Shown: positions 9,698-20,724, counted from the stretch's first letter. The stretch: 64,000 nt of DNA from an uncultured Planctomycetota bacterium (GCA_963823665.1 CAWGMQ010000006.1:224001-288000), one strand, 5' to 3'. The notes: generated by a model from the sequence alone, not told the origin. Numbers and translations are program-made.

Positions 9698-9991
9698 TCA
9701 TCCGCCCCCAAGCTCCTTGACAAACCATTTGTCTTTCGTCACCTCTTCCTCATCGGTGTCGAGCCCGTCAGAGACCTCACGCTGGAAGAGACGCCAGAGC
9801 ACGTCGGCGTCCTGATCCTGGTCAAAGACGCCCAATTGCGGCGGCTGGCCGCGGATCAAGTCGAATAGCTCACCAACGCGGATATCCGGCGGAGCATGCT
9901 TTCCGGCCAGCCAATCAATCTGCTCCTGCCTGATTCGCACCCCTACGCGCCGTTCCAGCCGAAACGCCAGGTCGATCAGGCACCATCCCAC
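9698..9991 (-). CDS. small acyl-carrier-protein-like hypothetical protein
   Basis: GTG after AGGAG; MGWCLIDLAFRLERRVGVRI resembles the MGLDxVELVMxxEExFGI family; ends ...EEEVTKDKWFVKELG. Confidence 0.55.
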   Translation of the reverse strand: MGWCLIDLAFRLERRVGVRIRQEQIDWLAGKHAPPDIRVGELFDLIRGQPPQLGVFDQDQDADVLWRLFQREVSDGLDTDEEEVTKDKWFVKELGGG

Positions 9992-10030
9992 GACGCTCCT
10001 CCTTGCACCAGCATCATCCGACGTCGCAAC

Positions 10031-10612
10031 TCACCTGCTCACCGGCAGTGGCTCCGCTTCCTTCCAATCATCCCGGATCGGAAACCGCTCGCGAATCGTC
10101 TTGATCAACCGCATGACCTCCGACTCGGATAGCCCAAACCCGAACTGGTACTTCTTGGTGTCGTAGTCACATGCAACCGAGCTCGAGCGACTGTGCCTTT
10201 CGGCGCGAGCTCCGTCCGAATTGAACGAAGGCGCCGGCCGCAAGTTCCTGACCTTGCTCAGCTCGAACATCCGCTCCCTGCGAAAAACCGAGAACTCCTT
10301 GCGCAGAATCAGCGACTTTCCCTCGATGATCACCGTATCCCGCCGCAGCCAGAGTCCGCCCGCAACAAGCGCGAAGCCCAGCCCCAACATCATCCAGATC
10401 AAGAAAAACTTGATCCCTTCCACATTGCCGCTCAAAGGCCTTCTCGAAAGACCCAGCAGCACGAGCCCCATCACGAGAACCCAGATCGCCAGAACGATTC
10501 CCGACCCCACCCAGGCCTTCGCCGCGGGCGGAATGGTGATCCGAAACCCTCCAAATTCGTCGTCCGTGACAATCGACCGCACAGTTGGCATTGTTTTAAA
10601 ATCTGTGGCCAT
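10031..10612 (-). CDS. hypothetical membrane protein (2 TM plus soluble domain)
   Basis: ATG after GGAGGG; two hydrophobic helices; YQFGFGLSESE tail. Confidence 0.7.
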   Translation of the reverse strand: MATDFKTMPTVRSIVTDDEFGGFRITIPPAAKAWVGSGIVLAIWVLVMGLVLLGLSRRPLSGNVEGIKFFLIWMMLGLGFALVAGGLWLRRDTVIIEGKSLILRKEFSVFRRERMFELSKVRNLRPAPSFNSDGARAERHSRSSSVACDYDTKKYQFGFGLSESEVMRLIKTIRERFPIRDDWKEAEPLPVSR

Positions 10613-10672
10613 CACGTCCCTCCGTCGCGCTCGGTTGAGCCCAACAGTACCTCGCCAATCCCCCCTCCACAT

Positions 10673-10710
10673 TTTCGAATTTCGGATTTCGAATTTGAGA
10701 GATCGGATTT
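10673..10710. repeat. degenerate heptamer tandem repeat (TTTCGRA)
   Basis: tttcgaa tttcgga tttcgaa tttgaga gatcgga. Confidence 0.55.
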
Positions 10711-11227
10711 AGTCCTTTGTTCTGGTGAGCGCACAAATCTGCTCCGCAAAAGCCGGATAAAGCCCGACCAATTCCTCCCGGCGCCCTTGTTCGTAATCCG
10801 CATAATCAAACCCGGGTGCCATCGTGGCCCCCAGCAGCACGAAGTCGAATCCCGGCTCGAGCCGCGAGCCCTGCCACACGCCCGCCGGCACGACGAGCTG
10901 CGGCTGCTGGCCCTTGGCGATATCCGGCCCGATGACAATCTCCCGCCCTGCCCCGCCAGGAAAGAGCTGAAGCATCCGCACCGGCCCACCCAGGTAGAAA
11001 TGAAAGATCTCCTCCGTCGGCACCCGGTGCATCTCGGAGAAGGTCTCGGCCGTCAGCAAGTAGTAAATCGCGGTCCCCATCGACCGCCCGGCACATGGTA
11101 GATACCCGCCCGGCAGGCCATCTCCGGGAATCACCCCCGTCGATCGATAGGTCTCGCGGAAATAGCCACCTTCGATCGGATGCGGCTTCAGATCGAGGGC
11201 CGCAATGATTTCATCGGCAGTGGGCAT
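10709..11227 (-). CDS. cupin domain protein (Cupin_5/DUF985)
   Basis: LKPHP-EGGYFRETYRS, TAIYYLL, HRV..EEIFHFYLG, PQLVVPAGVWQ, MAPGFDYADYE. Confidence 0.92.
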   Translation of the reverse strand: MPTADEIIAALDLKPHPIEGGYFRETYRSTGVIPGDGLPGGYLPCAGRSMGTAIYYLLTAETFSEMHRVPTEEIFHFYLGGPVRMLQLFPGGAGREIVIGPDIAKGQQPQLVVPAGVWQGSRLEPGFDFVLLGATMAPGFDYADYEQGRREELVGLYPAFAEQICALTRTKD

Positions 11228-11338
11228 GACGGAAGGCCCGGAACAAGAGGAACACCCTGGATACATCCCAGCGGTTTGGTTCATCTCTATTCTACTACTT
11301 CGAGCCCAATTTGCCGCAACCAGTGGGCGCGAATCGTT

Positions 11339-14074
11339 TCAAGGGAGCTCGAACCGGTGAATGGTTCTCACACCGTCGAACAGGAGCAGCCCGCGGCCGT
11401 CGGGGGCGAGGAAGGGCATCCACCATGCATTTTCATGTCCTGCGGGAACGAACTGTCCGAACGGCTTGCCGGCGGCGTCGAAGAGAACAATCGCCTTGTT
11501 CGCGGTGATCGCAAATCGCTTGCCGTCATACGCGATGCGGGGGAAAGACCACTCGATGCTCTGGGGCAGTGTGAAGGTGAAGACCGGCTCGGCCTGCGGC
11601 GAATAGACACTCACGGCAAGCTCGCCATCGTCGAGTCGTCGTCGGCCCTTGCCGCGCGACAGCACGGCGATCGAGCCGTCGGGTGCCGTCGACGCTCTCT
11701 CGGGGTGTTCGAGCCACAAGCCGTCGGCGCGGCGCGTGATGGTGCGAGCCACAGCCCCTTTTTCGTCGATCAAGTGGACCTTCTCGTACCCGAGCACCCA
11801 CCGCCGTGCCGTTCCCGGCTGGGCGTACCAGTTCTCGCCGATTTCATCCAGCTTCGCTTCCTCGATCGCGACGCGCTTGCCCTCCGGCGAGTAGTGAAGC
11901 ACTCGGCTCTGCAAGCCCATGCCGAGATAGATATCGCCGGAATCGGAAACGCTGAGGTGCGGAAGCTGAAGCTCCTCGGAGACGTCGCCGGCCTCCGGCA
12001 GGCAGACGCGAAGCCAGGCCCCGTCGGGCCCGAAAACGTGAACGGCGCCGGTCCGGCCGACGACCGCGTAGATCCGTCCTTTGCCGTCGACGGTCACGCC
12101 GGCAGCCTCGTCGAACCTGAGCGACTCGGGTGATTCTCCGAGCACGCGGCCGACCATGCCTGATTCAAGCAATCGGTACAACGTGTGCCCGTCGCTGACC
12201 CAGAGCACCCCGTCCGGCGCCACCTCGGCGTCACGCAGATCGATCTTCCGGCCATCTTTGAGCCGTGGTTTCACTTGCCCCCGGATGGTCCCGTCCGCGC
12301 TCATCCGGACGATTGGCGGGTCTCCGTGGAAATCGTGGACGACGACTCCGCCGTCGCGATCGGCCGAAAGCCCAGAGGCATAATTCGGCTCGCGCCCCCA
12401 AGCCTTTTTCAAGTCAACCGTGTGATGATGTTTGCCGGCTCGGTCAAAGAACTGGAGCGTCTTTCGAATCTGGTCGACAGCGGCAATCATGCCGTCGGTC
12501 GTGATCGTGACATCCTCGGTGCTGAAGAGCGCGGCGGGGTTCTTTGGATCGCCATTTCCCGGGAGCGAACCGAGCAGTTTTCCTGTGCCGTCAAAGGACC
12601 GCAGACTACCGTCGCCGGTCGCACCACCCTTGAAATAAATCAGCCCGCCGACGACCACGAAGCCGCCGTCGGGATAACCCGCAACCTTGGAGACAGCGGA
12701 TGTCGTGAACCCCGGAATCGGCGTCGTCTTCCCGGTCGTGACGTCAACGATCGCTCCTTCCATTTTGCCGCGTTCGCCCGGAAGTTCCCGAAGCAGAAGA
12801 TAACTGCCGGTCCCGACGCAGGTGAGCTCGGACCACCCCGCCCGGCCATCCGCATGAGCGGAAGCAAGCGGAACCGTGTGGATCACCTTTCCCTGTTGAT
12901 CCACGACCACCAGCACCCGCGAGTTATTCTTGGACCACCCCAGGTAGGCGATCCGGCCCTGGGTGTCGAACACGAAGTCATGCACATCTCGGACCTCAGG
13001 CACCGGCGCTTGTGACGGGCCCTTCAGCACGATGCGCCCGGCCGCGCGAAGTGCGAGGAGTGGAATCTCGGCCGGCTTTTTCGCAGGAGTCGCGGTCTCG
13101 ACGAACGGACGCCGCGCAACCTCGGAAACGACCCACGCCCCGCCCGCCTTGCGGACAACGGAATAGGTAACACGCTGGCCGCTTTTCGCGAATCGCAGGT
13201 CGAACCGCCCGGGCTCGTCCGATCCCAATATCCCGCCGCTCCGCCGCACGGATGCGATCAGCCGTTCGTCCGCGTTTTCGTCGCCGCCGGATTCGTAATC
13301 GTCGGGGAGGTCCAGAGACCAGACCTGCTTTCCGTCGGGCTCGATCAGGGTGAAACGCGCACCTAGCTTGCGTCCACGCGGCCTATCGTATCGCCACCAG
13401 TGCACGACAGTGAGCGGCGTCCCCTTCACCGGCTTGACATTCATTATGTAGGGCGTCGGCCCCGGGTCGGGCATGAGGTCCTTTGGCCGGAAGGGTTTGA
13501 GCGCGGTTCCGGTCGAGAGCTGGTAGACCCACCAGGACTCGCTCTGACGGTTGAGGTCCACGTCATGCACCCGCACGACCAGTCGATCGTTTGCCGCGTC
13601 CATGACGAGGCCGGCGCCAAGCGGATTGGGCGGAGTATGAAAAAACCGACTGTCCTCGCGATTGGTCGCGTGGTTCAGGCGCTCCTTGCCCTGTGGGTCG
13701 ATGATCACGACGCGGAAGTCACCCATTCCATCTTTGAAGCCGGCTTCGGAAAAACCTCTCCAGCCGTGGGAGTAGGCATAGCCCGCCGCAACTCCATCGT
13801 CGCCAACACACGCGTCCCAGAGCGTGTAGGGCTTCTCCGCCGACCAGACTTCTCGACCCTCGAGCGTTAAACGGTACGTAGCTTTGCCGCGGCCGTAGAG
13901 GTCGCTCGGATTGACGAAGAGCGCGTATCTGCCCGACGGCGAGGTGTAATGCTTCGGGTTCAAAGTCGGCGGGGGTCCCTCCGAGGCGACCGCCCGGCCG
14001 TGCGTTACCCAGAGAACCAGTCCGCACAGCAGCGCGGTGATCGCAGCCCGACATCGCCTCGGAAAAATGCACAT
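11339..14074 (-). CDS. large secreted beta-propeller (NHL-repeat-like) protein
   Basis: 911 aa, signal peptide; repeated GVTVDGKGRIY / DVTITTDGMIAAVD / VAPDGVLWVSD blades. Confidence 0.7.
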   Translation of the reverse strand: MCIFPRRCRAAITALLCGLVLWVTHGRAVASEGPPPTLNPKHYTSPSGRYALFVNPSDLYGRGKATYRLTLEGREVWSAEKPYTLWDACVGDDGVAAGYAYSHGWRGFSEAGFKDGMGDFRVVIIDPQGKERLNHATNREDSRFFHTPPNPLGAGLVMDAANDRLVVRVHDVDLNRQSESWWVYQLSTGTALKPFRPKDLMPDPGPTPYIMNVKPVKGTPLTVVHWWRYDRPRGRKLGARFTLIEPDGKQVWSLDLPDDYESGGDENADERLIASVRRSGGILGSDEPGRFDLRFAKSGQRVTYSVVRKAGGAWVVSEVARRPFVETATPAKKPAEIPLLALRAAGRIVLKGPSQAPVPEVRDVHDFVFDTQGRIAYLGWSKNNSRVLVVVDQQGKVIHTVPLASAHADGRAGWSELTCVGTGSYLLLRELPGERGKMEGAIVDVTTGKTTPIPGFTTSAVSKVAGYPDGGFVVVGGLIYFKGGATGDGSLRSFDGTGKLLGSLPGNGDPKNPAALFSTEDVTITTDGMIAAVDQIRKTLQFFDRAGKHHHTVDLKKAWGREPNYASGLSADRDGGVVVHDFHGDPPIVRMSADGTIRGQVKPRLKDGRKIDLRDAEVAPDGVLWVSDGHTLYRLLESGMVGRVLGESPESLRFDEAAGVTVDGKGRIYAVVGRTGAVHVFGPDGAWLRVCLPEAGDVSEELQLPHLSVSDSGDIYLGMGLQSRVLHYSPEGKRVAIEEAKLDEIGENWYAQPGTARRWVLGYEKVHLIDEKGAVARTITRRADGLWLEHPERASTAPDGSIAVLSRGKGRRRLDDGELAVSVYSPQAEPVFTFTLPQSIEWSFPRIAYDGKRFAITANKAIVLFDAAGKPFGQFVPAGHENAWWMPFLAPDGRGLLLFDGVRTIHRFELP

Positions 14075-14132
14075 CCGTGACCTCGATCGCGCAGTTCGCT
14101 TCTAAGAATCCGGTTGGCCTGTCTCGGCCGCC

Positions 14133-15296
14133 TCACCCCACGCGAAACTTCTCGATCCCAGCCTCGTTGAGCTCGATCCCCAATCCCGGCCCATCCGGAA
14201 CCGCCACGCGACCGGACGCAGCGCGAATGGTCTCGGTGATCGAATTACGGAGCGTGGTCCCTTCTTCAACGACAAATTCGAGAAGGCCCAGTGTGTTCGG
14301 AATGCTCGCCAGGAAATGAAGTGCGGCCGCAACGTTCAAGTATGTGGTGAAACCATGATTGACCACAGGCAGCCCGCGGTCGGCCGCCAGTGCCGCAATC
14401 TTGATGGCCTCGGTGAACCCGCCGCAGCGGGTCAAGTCCACCTGCACGACGTCGATCTGGCCCACGTCCATGAGCTGGAGGAACGACTTCCGCTCACTTT
14501 CCTCCTCGCCAGCCGCGATGCGCAGGCTGCTGGCCGCCGCCAGCTTGGCGTAGCCGGCATAGTCATCGGGAAGCAGCGGCTCCTCAAACCAGAACGGGTC
14601 GTACTGCTCGAACGAGCGCGCCCGCTGGATCGCCGTCTTGGCGTCGTAGACGAGCCCGGCGTCGATCATCAGGTCGTAGGAGGGCCCGAGCCCCGCGCGG
14701 GCTTCGCGCACCAGGGCGATATCGGTCTCACGATCCTGTCCCATCGGATCCCAGCCGAATTTCACGGCGGTGAAGCCCTGGTCGGCGAACCGTCGGGCGC
14801 GATCGCCGGTTTCCGCAGGCGTGGCGCCGAACAGCGAGCTGGCATAAGCCCGTAGCGACTTCGTAAATCCACCGCCAAGCAGCTTCCAGACCGGCATGCC
14901 CAGCGCCTTGCCCTTGATGTCCCAGAGAGCCAGGTCAATCCCGCTGATCGCATGGATGCCGATCCCGCGGCGCCCGCCGTAGATATTGGCCCGGTACATC
15001 TTGTGCCAGAGGTACTCCGTCTGAAACGGGTCTTCGCCGACAACAACATGCCCGAGCCCCGTCGCCGTCGTGTGCGAGAACGGCCCCTCAATGCAGCCCT
15101 TCACGGCGATCGGGTTCGAATCGACCTCGCCATAGCCGGTGATCCCGGCATTGGTGCTGACTTTCACCAGGAGCGCATCCTGCCCGCTGTCGCACTGGGT
15201 TTTCACCTCCGGCAGCCGCAGGTAGATGGCTTCGACGGCGGTGATCTTGAGGTCGCTCAACGGAGACAATGATTGCTCGCTCTTAGTTTTGTTCAT
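14133..15296 (-). CDS. mandelate racemase/muconate lactonizing enzyme family protein
   Basis: AISGIDLALWDIKGKALGMPVWKLLGG, LMIDA, WFEEPL, IAAGEE, GPGLGIE. Confidence 0.93.
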   Translation of the reverse strand: MNKTKSEQSLSPLSDLKITAVEAIYLRLPEVKTQCDSGQDALLVKVSTNAGITGYGEVDSNPIAVKGCIEGPFSHTTATGLGHVVVGEDPFQTEYLWHKMYRANIYGGRRGIGIHAISGIDLALWDIKGKALGMPVWKLLGGGFTKSLRAYASSLFGATPAETGDRARRFADQGFTAVKFGWDPMGQDRETDIALVREARAGLGPSYDLMIDAGLVYDAKTAIQRARSFEQYDPFWFEEPLLPDDYAGYAKLAAASSLRIAAGEEESERKSFLQLMDVGQIDVVQVDLTRCGGFTEAIKIAALAADRGLPVVNHGFTTYLNVAAALHFLASIPNTLGLLEFVVEEGTTLRNSITETIRAASGRVAVPDGPGLGIELNEAGIEKFRVG

Positions 15297-15351
15297 ATGC
15301 GTTTATTAATTGGATCGGTTGTGGAGGCAGTCTTTGTTGTAAAACGACGTC

Positions 15352-16425
15352 TCACGCTCCTGCTGGCGCTGGCATCCACTCGGCTGGCGAATGGCTGATT
15401 TCCGGAATGCATTCGTTGTCTGTCCAGCAAAGAGCGTCTGATTCAGTCGCGACTCGGATTGAGTCTGCGCACGATCCGGCCAGTCGCTGAATACTCTCAA
15501 TCTCCAGTCCCTCGACTGTTAGGAGAAGGAGCTCTTTCTCGTTCGCGATGAACACGTCATCGGCTTGCACCGACATTTGGCGGTAATGGAGCAACCGGTC
15601 GGATCGTTCACCATCAAAATACCACGATGCGAAGTCCGGTATCAGAGTGAGCTGTTCGCTGGTCAGTACGAACAGATGCCCCATTGCAGCGCGAATGGCG
15701 TAGGGTGTCCCTTGAATCCCCTCAATTCGAATCATCTGAAGCTGAACGTCCATGAGCAGGTTTCGAACGATCACCACCGAGCCGTCACGGCAGAGCGCAG
15801 CAACGGCGCACGGCTGCCGCACCCTATCCAGAGCACACACGTCGACAAAATCAACATCGGGAGCCGTGAGCCTCGTGATGTCAGACTTTGTGTTGGCCGC
15901 GTCAAGCTGAATGCGGAAGAGTCCATCATTGCGACCAGCGCACGCCAAGACTTCTTTCTTCGCGTGCTCCCCCAACGGGGCCAACATATAAAAGTTCAGT
16001 AACGCTCCAGCGGCGCTCGCGGTCCAACCGCGAGGGCCGCCTTTTGGTGTTAAGTCAACGCACAGGAGGCCATAGATCCACATCGGCGCCAGGAATTGGC
16101 CGGTCGTCGTCGCAACGATGCAGTGAGCACCACCGGGACCCGAGTACACGAGATCGAAGCCGTTCGGGACTCTGCGGTACACAACCACTTCGCTGCGTGT
16201 GCTTACGCCGATGAACTCGTTCCAGAAAGCGATTCCGTTGATCGCATCCACAGCCAGCGTTTCAGAACTCGCGGCTTCGTGCAAATGACCAGAGTCGCCC
16301 AAAAAGAGAACTTTCCCGCTCATCGCACCGAGGCAGTAGTTACCTGTCCATGGGCATTCGCCGGCCCAAGTGATTTCGTCATCTGGAATACGAACGGTCC
16401 GGCGTTCCGCCAGTCCAGGCTTCAT
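15352..16425 (-). CDS. hypothetical protein (possible beta-propeller)
   Basis: Long ORF (open from 16659), ATG 16425 after GAGG; beta-rich pattern; visibly lower GC than flanks. Confidence 0.6.
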   Translation of the reverse strand: MKPGLAERRTVRIPDDEITWAGECPWTGNYCLGAMSGKVLFLGDSGHLHEAASSETLAVDAINGIAFWNEFIGVSTRSEVVVYRRVPNGFDLVYSGPGGAHCIVATTTGQFLAPMWIYGLLCVDLTPKGGPRGWTASAAGALLNFYMLAPLGEHAKKEVLACAGRNDGLFRIQLDAANTKSDITRLTAPDVDFVDVCALDRVRQPCAVAALCRDGSVVIVRNLLMDVQLQMIRIEGIQGTPYAIRAAMGHLFVLTSEQLTLIPDFASWYFDGERSDRLLHYRQMSVQADDVFIANEKELLLLTVEGLEIESIQRLAGSCADSIRVATESDALCWTDNECIPEISHSPAEWMPAPAGA

Positions 16426-16666
16426 GTCCGCCGCCTCTAAACCACCGCCAAGGGGTGCAAAGTTATAGGACTGCATTCTATCCAAACCCGATCTCGCGCG
16501 GCGACAACCCCCAATATCTCGTGCGTGGCCGCCTTGGTCGTCCCAATCCACACCTCCGCCACCAAAAATCCACAATTCCCGATGCCGCCGTAGCCGATGT
16601 AACGTATTGACGGGTTTTAACGACGGTGCGTCGACCCGCCCCAACGGTAAACGAGACAAACGCTCG

Positions 16667-17673
16667 ATGCCACGCGCGTGGTTCGCCGGCTCTCTAGGGC
16701 TCGTTCTTTGCTGGGCCGGTTTGGCCTACGCTCAGGATCCGCCTGCCCTTGAGGCCCCTGCCGACGAATCAGGAGCCGCGAAGCCCGCAACGCCTCACCC
16801 AAAGCCCCAAACACCGGCCGCGAAGCCCACGACGCCTGCCGCGAAACCGCCGGCAACACCACCCGCCTCCGCTGCTTCTCCCACGCGCGCGAACCCTCCC
16901 GCTTCCCCAGGTTCTCAGGTCCGGCCGATGCTGGTGATCCCCGGCGTGACGACTCCCAGCTCGCGGCCCCCGGTGACGTCTCGCCCGTCCGTGCCCAAAG
17001 GCTCGCGGTCCGCCGGCAGTTCGGGCTCCCCACCGCCCGGAACCGGGCCGTCGCTCGTGGCCCCATCGCCGGGAAGCTCTCCGTTCGGCGGGGCGACGGG
17101 GCGACCGAGCTCCCGCAGCCTGCCCGAACCGCTCGGCCAACCGATTCCAATGACGATCGAGCCGCTCGAGGATGAACCGCAGCCCGAGCGCGACGGCCGC
17201 TCCGGCCGGACTCCGTCGCGGCCGCCGGGGTCACAGGAGCGCCCGCGACCTGGCAATGCTCCAGCCGCCGGGAGGCCCAGACCCAACGATTCATCCGAAG
17301 ATTCACCGGCGGCTTCCGGTCGTCCTCGCCCATCGCAGCGGCCATTCCCAGGAATACTCGGCCGGTTCTTCCCGCCACCCCCGGGCTCCGCCGCGGCGAG
17401 CCAAGAAGTTCAACCCCAGCGGCCCGCCAGAAAGAAAAGGCTGCCGACCGCTCCGAGCCGGAAGGCGACGCGGCGATCAAGCGCAAAATCGAAAAGCAGA
17501 TCCGCGACACCCTGGGCGACCGCGTCCGATCGGTCGAGGTGCGCGTCAGCGGCAAGAACGTCCTGGTCGTCGCGCAGGCCACCCGTTTCTGGCAGAAACG
17601 CGCCGTCCGACGCTCGCTGGAGACTCTTCCCGCGCTCGATGGCTACCGCGCACGGGTCGAGCTTGGCGACTGA
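16667..17673 (+). CDS. secreted Pro-rich protein with C-terminal BON-like domain (frameshift near 17430)
   Basis: Signal peptide (AYA-QD), Pro/Ser-rich linker; shifted frame reads AIKRKIEKQIRDTLGDRVRSVEVRVSGKNVLVVAQATRFWQKR...ELGD, stop at 17673. Confidence 0.65.
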
Positions 17674-18965
17674 GTCGCATCAGCGTCCGTTGCGTGCATT
17701 GGACCGCCGGTTTTCGATGTCGATGCACATTCCGCCTCGCGCAACCTGCTCAGTCCTTGCTGCGCGAGAGCGTCAAATGGTTCTTGTCCGATCGCCAGCT
17801 CGTACCATCCGCGCACTTCCTCACGCAGCCCGGCCGCCTCGCATGCCTTTCCCAGCCGGGTCAGATCGCCGCGGTCGTTCTCGCGGTCCGGCCTGCTCAC
17901 GCGGTTGATCAATTTGTAGACGTCGTCAAGCCTGCGCGCATGCGTCATGAATGATTCGGCCGCGGGCCGGTCACCGGCAAGCAGAAGCGCCTTGCCGAGC
18001 TCCGAGAGCGCGACCCGGTCGCTCGGGAGGTCCGATAGCGCCTCCCGAAAATACGTGATCGCCGCGGCGTGATCGCGCCGCAAGAGCGCTGCCCGCCCTC
18101 GCAGCCGGGCCAGCCGCGGCCCGCTCCGCGGCGCTTTTTCGAGCAACGAATGAGCCTCCTCGAGGCGCCCGTGCGCGAGATTCAGCTCGATCCGCAAGGC
18201 CACCGCATCGGGATCGTCCGTGGGTAGCGCCTCCAGGACTTGCTGGACCTTGAGTGCCATATCGGGCGCGTCGAAAAGCAGGGTTGCCAGCGCCAGGCGA
18301 CTATGGCGGTCGTCGGAGTCTGCCTCGATCGCCGCCTCGAGCTCCGGAGCGATGCCACTGTCCCAGTCGGTGAAATGCGTCAGCCCCCACGTGAACAGGT
18401 CATGGTGTGTCAAGTGCGCCAGCCGCGCGAGCGCTTTGAATTCCCCGTCAATCTCGCGCTTGCGAAGCTGGATTCCGTAGATATAGATCAGCTCCTTGTG
18501 GGCCTCGATCAGTCCCGGTTCGCTTCTCAGCGCCTTGCGAAGCGATGTTTCGGCGCGGCGCAGCCGGTGCAGGCGCCGCTCGATCCGGCCGGCGAGAAGC
18601 GCGGCCTGCGCAGCCATCGAATCGGATTCGGGCACGTTCCCGAGCGCCTCGAGCGCCTGCTCGTCCCGTCCGAGGCCGGTTGCAACCTGAGCGCGGAACA
18701 ACCAATCGAGCGGAGTGGGCCGTCTCAGCCGCTCGAGCCTCGTCAGGGCGGCACGCGCCGCCTCGAGGCGGCCGCTGCGCAAGGCCGCCTGACCCTCGGC
18801 CCAGACTCGGTCCGGGTCGGCAAAATCAAGCGTTCGAACAAGCAGAATGAACGCGAATGTCAGCCCCGCCAGGCCGAGGAACAAAACGGCTGACCGGAAT
18901 CCGAGCCGAGGATGGGCCACGATGCTTGACCTGTCCAACCGTGTCGCCTCGCCAGGAAAAGGCAT
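17643..18965 (-). CDS. tetratricopeptide repeat protein
   Basis: N-terminal TM followed by Ala/Leu/Arg helical TPR-like repeats. Confidence 0.8.
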   Translation of the reverse strand: MPFPGEATRLDRSSIVAHPRLGFRSAVLFLGLAGLTFAFILLVRTLDFADPDRVWAEGQAALRSGRLEAARAALTRLERLRRPTPLDWLFRAQVATGLGRDEQALEALGNVPESDSMAAQAALLAGRIERRLHRLRRAETSLRKALRSEPGLIEAHKELIYIYGIQLRKREIDGEFKALARLAHLTHHDLFTWGLTHFTDWDSGIAPELEAAIEADSDDRHSRLALATLLFDAPDMALKVQQVLEALPTDDPDAVALRIELNLAHGRLEEAHSLLEKAPRSGPRLARLRGRAALLRRDHAAAITYFREALSDLPSDRVALSELGKALLLAGDRPAAESFMTHARRLDDVYKLINRVSRPDRENDRGDLTRLGKACEAAGLREEVRGWYELAIGQEPFDALAQQGLSRLREAECASTSKTGGPMHATDADATQSPSSTRAR

Positions 18966-18974
18966 CCGGGAGTG

Positions 18975-19433
18975 CTACCTGCCCTGTTTTCCCGTGCCGA
19001 AACCCTTGCCGCGCTTGCCGTCGGCCTTGCCCTCGATCGGGTACAGCGGTTTCTTACCTCCTCCTTCTCCGAGCAAGTCAAAATCGGCCTTGTTCTCGCC
19101 GGCGGCAACGTCAACGGCCTCCCTGAGCAGCCCCACGCCGCGATTTTTCGCAGCAACTTCGCCATCAAATGTGACCTGGTTGACGCCGATATACGTCTTG
19201 ATCGTGTAAGACCCGTCCGGTCCGATCTGTGCCGTGCGCGTCGCCACAATGCGACCGGAATTGCTGGGATTGAACAGGATCGTTCCGCCGCTCGCCGGCT
19301 TGCCCTTCACCGACACAGTTCCGCTGACGGTGCACTCCGTGAGCTTCGTCTCCACCCAGGGCTTGCCATCTCCGCATCCCGCCGCGGCGCAAATCGCCAG
19401 GCAAACCATCGTCTGGGGAATCCGTTTGTTCAT
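18975..19433 (-). CDS. lipoprotein typical of DUF1559 operons (carboxypeptidase regulatory-like fold)
   Basis: ATG after GGAGA; AAAGC lipobox; [16 protein letters not shown]...IGPDGSYTI. Confidence 0.8.
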   Translation of the reverse strand: MNKRIPQTMVCLAICAAAGCGDGKPWVETKLTECTVSGTVSVKGKPASGGTILFNPSNSGRIVATRTAQIGPDGSYTIKTYIGVNQVTFDGEVAAKNRGVGLLREAVDVAAGENKADFDLLGEGGGKKPLYPIEGKADGKRGKGFGTGKQGR

Positions 19434-19462
19434 CGACGTTTCTCCAACTGGGTCGCCGAGCG

Positions 19463-20534
19463 TCAATACTGGTCCGACGAAATCACCTCGCCCGCGTTGC
19501 GCGATCCCAGCGCCCACCACGTGGGGATGTTGACGGACGATTTGATCACCTTCACCGATCCGTCGAGCACCAGCATGTTGACGACACCCGGATGGTAGCT
19601 GTTGGCGACGTGCGACATTTGCAGCCCCGACCGGCAAGTCCACGTATCCGGCGGCATGACGTGCACATAGCGGGTGCAAGACGGCTGCCCGGAGCACCAC
19701 ATGGCGCCGGAGATGTTGTCGTCGATGAAATTGGCCCAGTCCTGGTTGCCCGGTGCGGGTGTCGGGGCCATCTGGCTGCATTGCTGGTAGTAGGCCTGCG
19801 CCGTGAGACTCCAGGTTGTTGGCCACGCCGGGCGTGTTCGAGATCGAGGAAGTCGGTCTGCCGCCGTCGAATGGAGCACTGGTGGCGGTGAAGTTCGAGC
19901 CGATCGCCTTGATGCGCTCGCTGAACGCCGCGGTATTGCTCGTGCCGTCGGTGATCGCCGCCAGCGAGATGAACGTGCCCCCGACCGTGGTGACGGTGCC
20001 GTTATCCGAATAGATGAACGGCCCGGCCACCGGGCCGTTCCAGCCCTGGACGCCCCCATTCCCGGCATACATCGAGTTTGCCCCGGATCCGGAATTCGCC
20101 ATGTAGTTATTGTGGCCGTTCGGGTCGGTACACCGGTCTGAATCCGACGGGCAGCTAAAGGCACCGACTTTAGTATAAGTTGCCGTCGTGTTGATCGGGT
20201 TGTTGATGTTGAACGGCGCACCGCCGAACGGGAGGGCATTGCCGAAGTTGATCGAGTTGTAGAGCGGCCCTTGCTCGAGATAAGGAAGCAGCATCGTGTG
20301 GGCCGACCACTCGTTCCACCACGGTCCGTCGCCCCAGGGGAGCGAGCCGCTGGCGCTCACGTAGTTATGAACCGCCAACCCGAGCTGCTTGAGATTGTTG
20401 ATGCACTGCGCTCGTCGGGCCGCCTCCCGCGCCGACTGCACCGCCGGCAGCAAGAGGGCGATCAGCACGGCGATGATCGCGATCACCACCAGGAGCTCGA
20501 TCAATGTGAATCCAGCAAGTCTGCGCACGCGCAT
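19463..20534 (-). CDS. DUF1559 prepilin-type protein (frameshift near 19810)
   Basis: [50 protein letters not shown]; shifted frame ends [16 protein letters not shown]...EVISSDQY. Confidence 0.9.
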
Positions 20535-20724
20535 GCTAGCTCCTTCCTCGAACCACGCCGCGGCGCCCTCCGCGCAGGGTCTTCCGCGGGTTCAGCAATG
20601 TGTAAGCCGGAAGAATCGAACTAACGAATGAAGGACGGCGAAGAGAAGCGAATCAATTCAACCAATCGCGAAGCCTGGGGCCAGTCGCCAGAACTGGCGA
20701 CCGGAGAGACGCCCTCGGTTACAA

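Noticed and set aside
18975..20534. 519-aa DUF1559-lipoprotein fusion in the ORF track
   Set aside because: Artefact of an indel near 19810; the DUF1559 C-terminus ends at 19463 in another frame and the lipoprotein has its own RBS and ATG.
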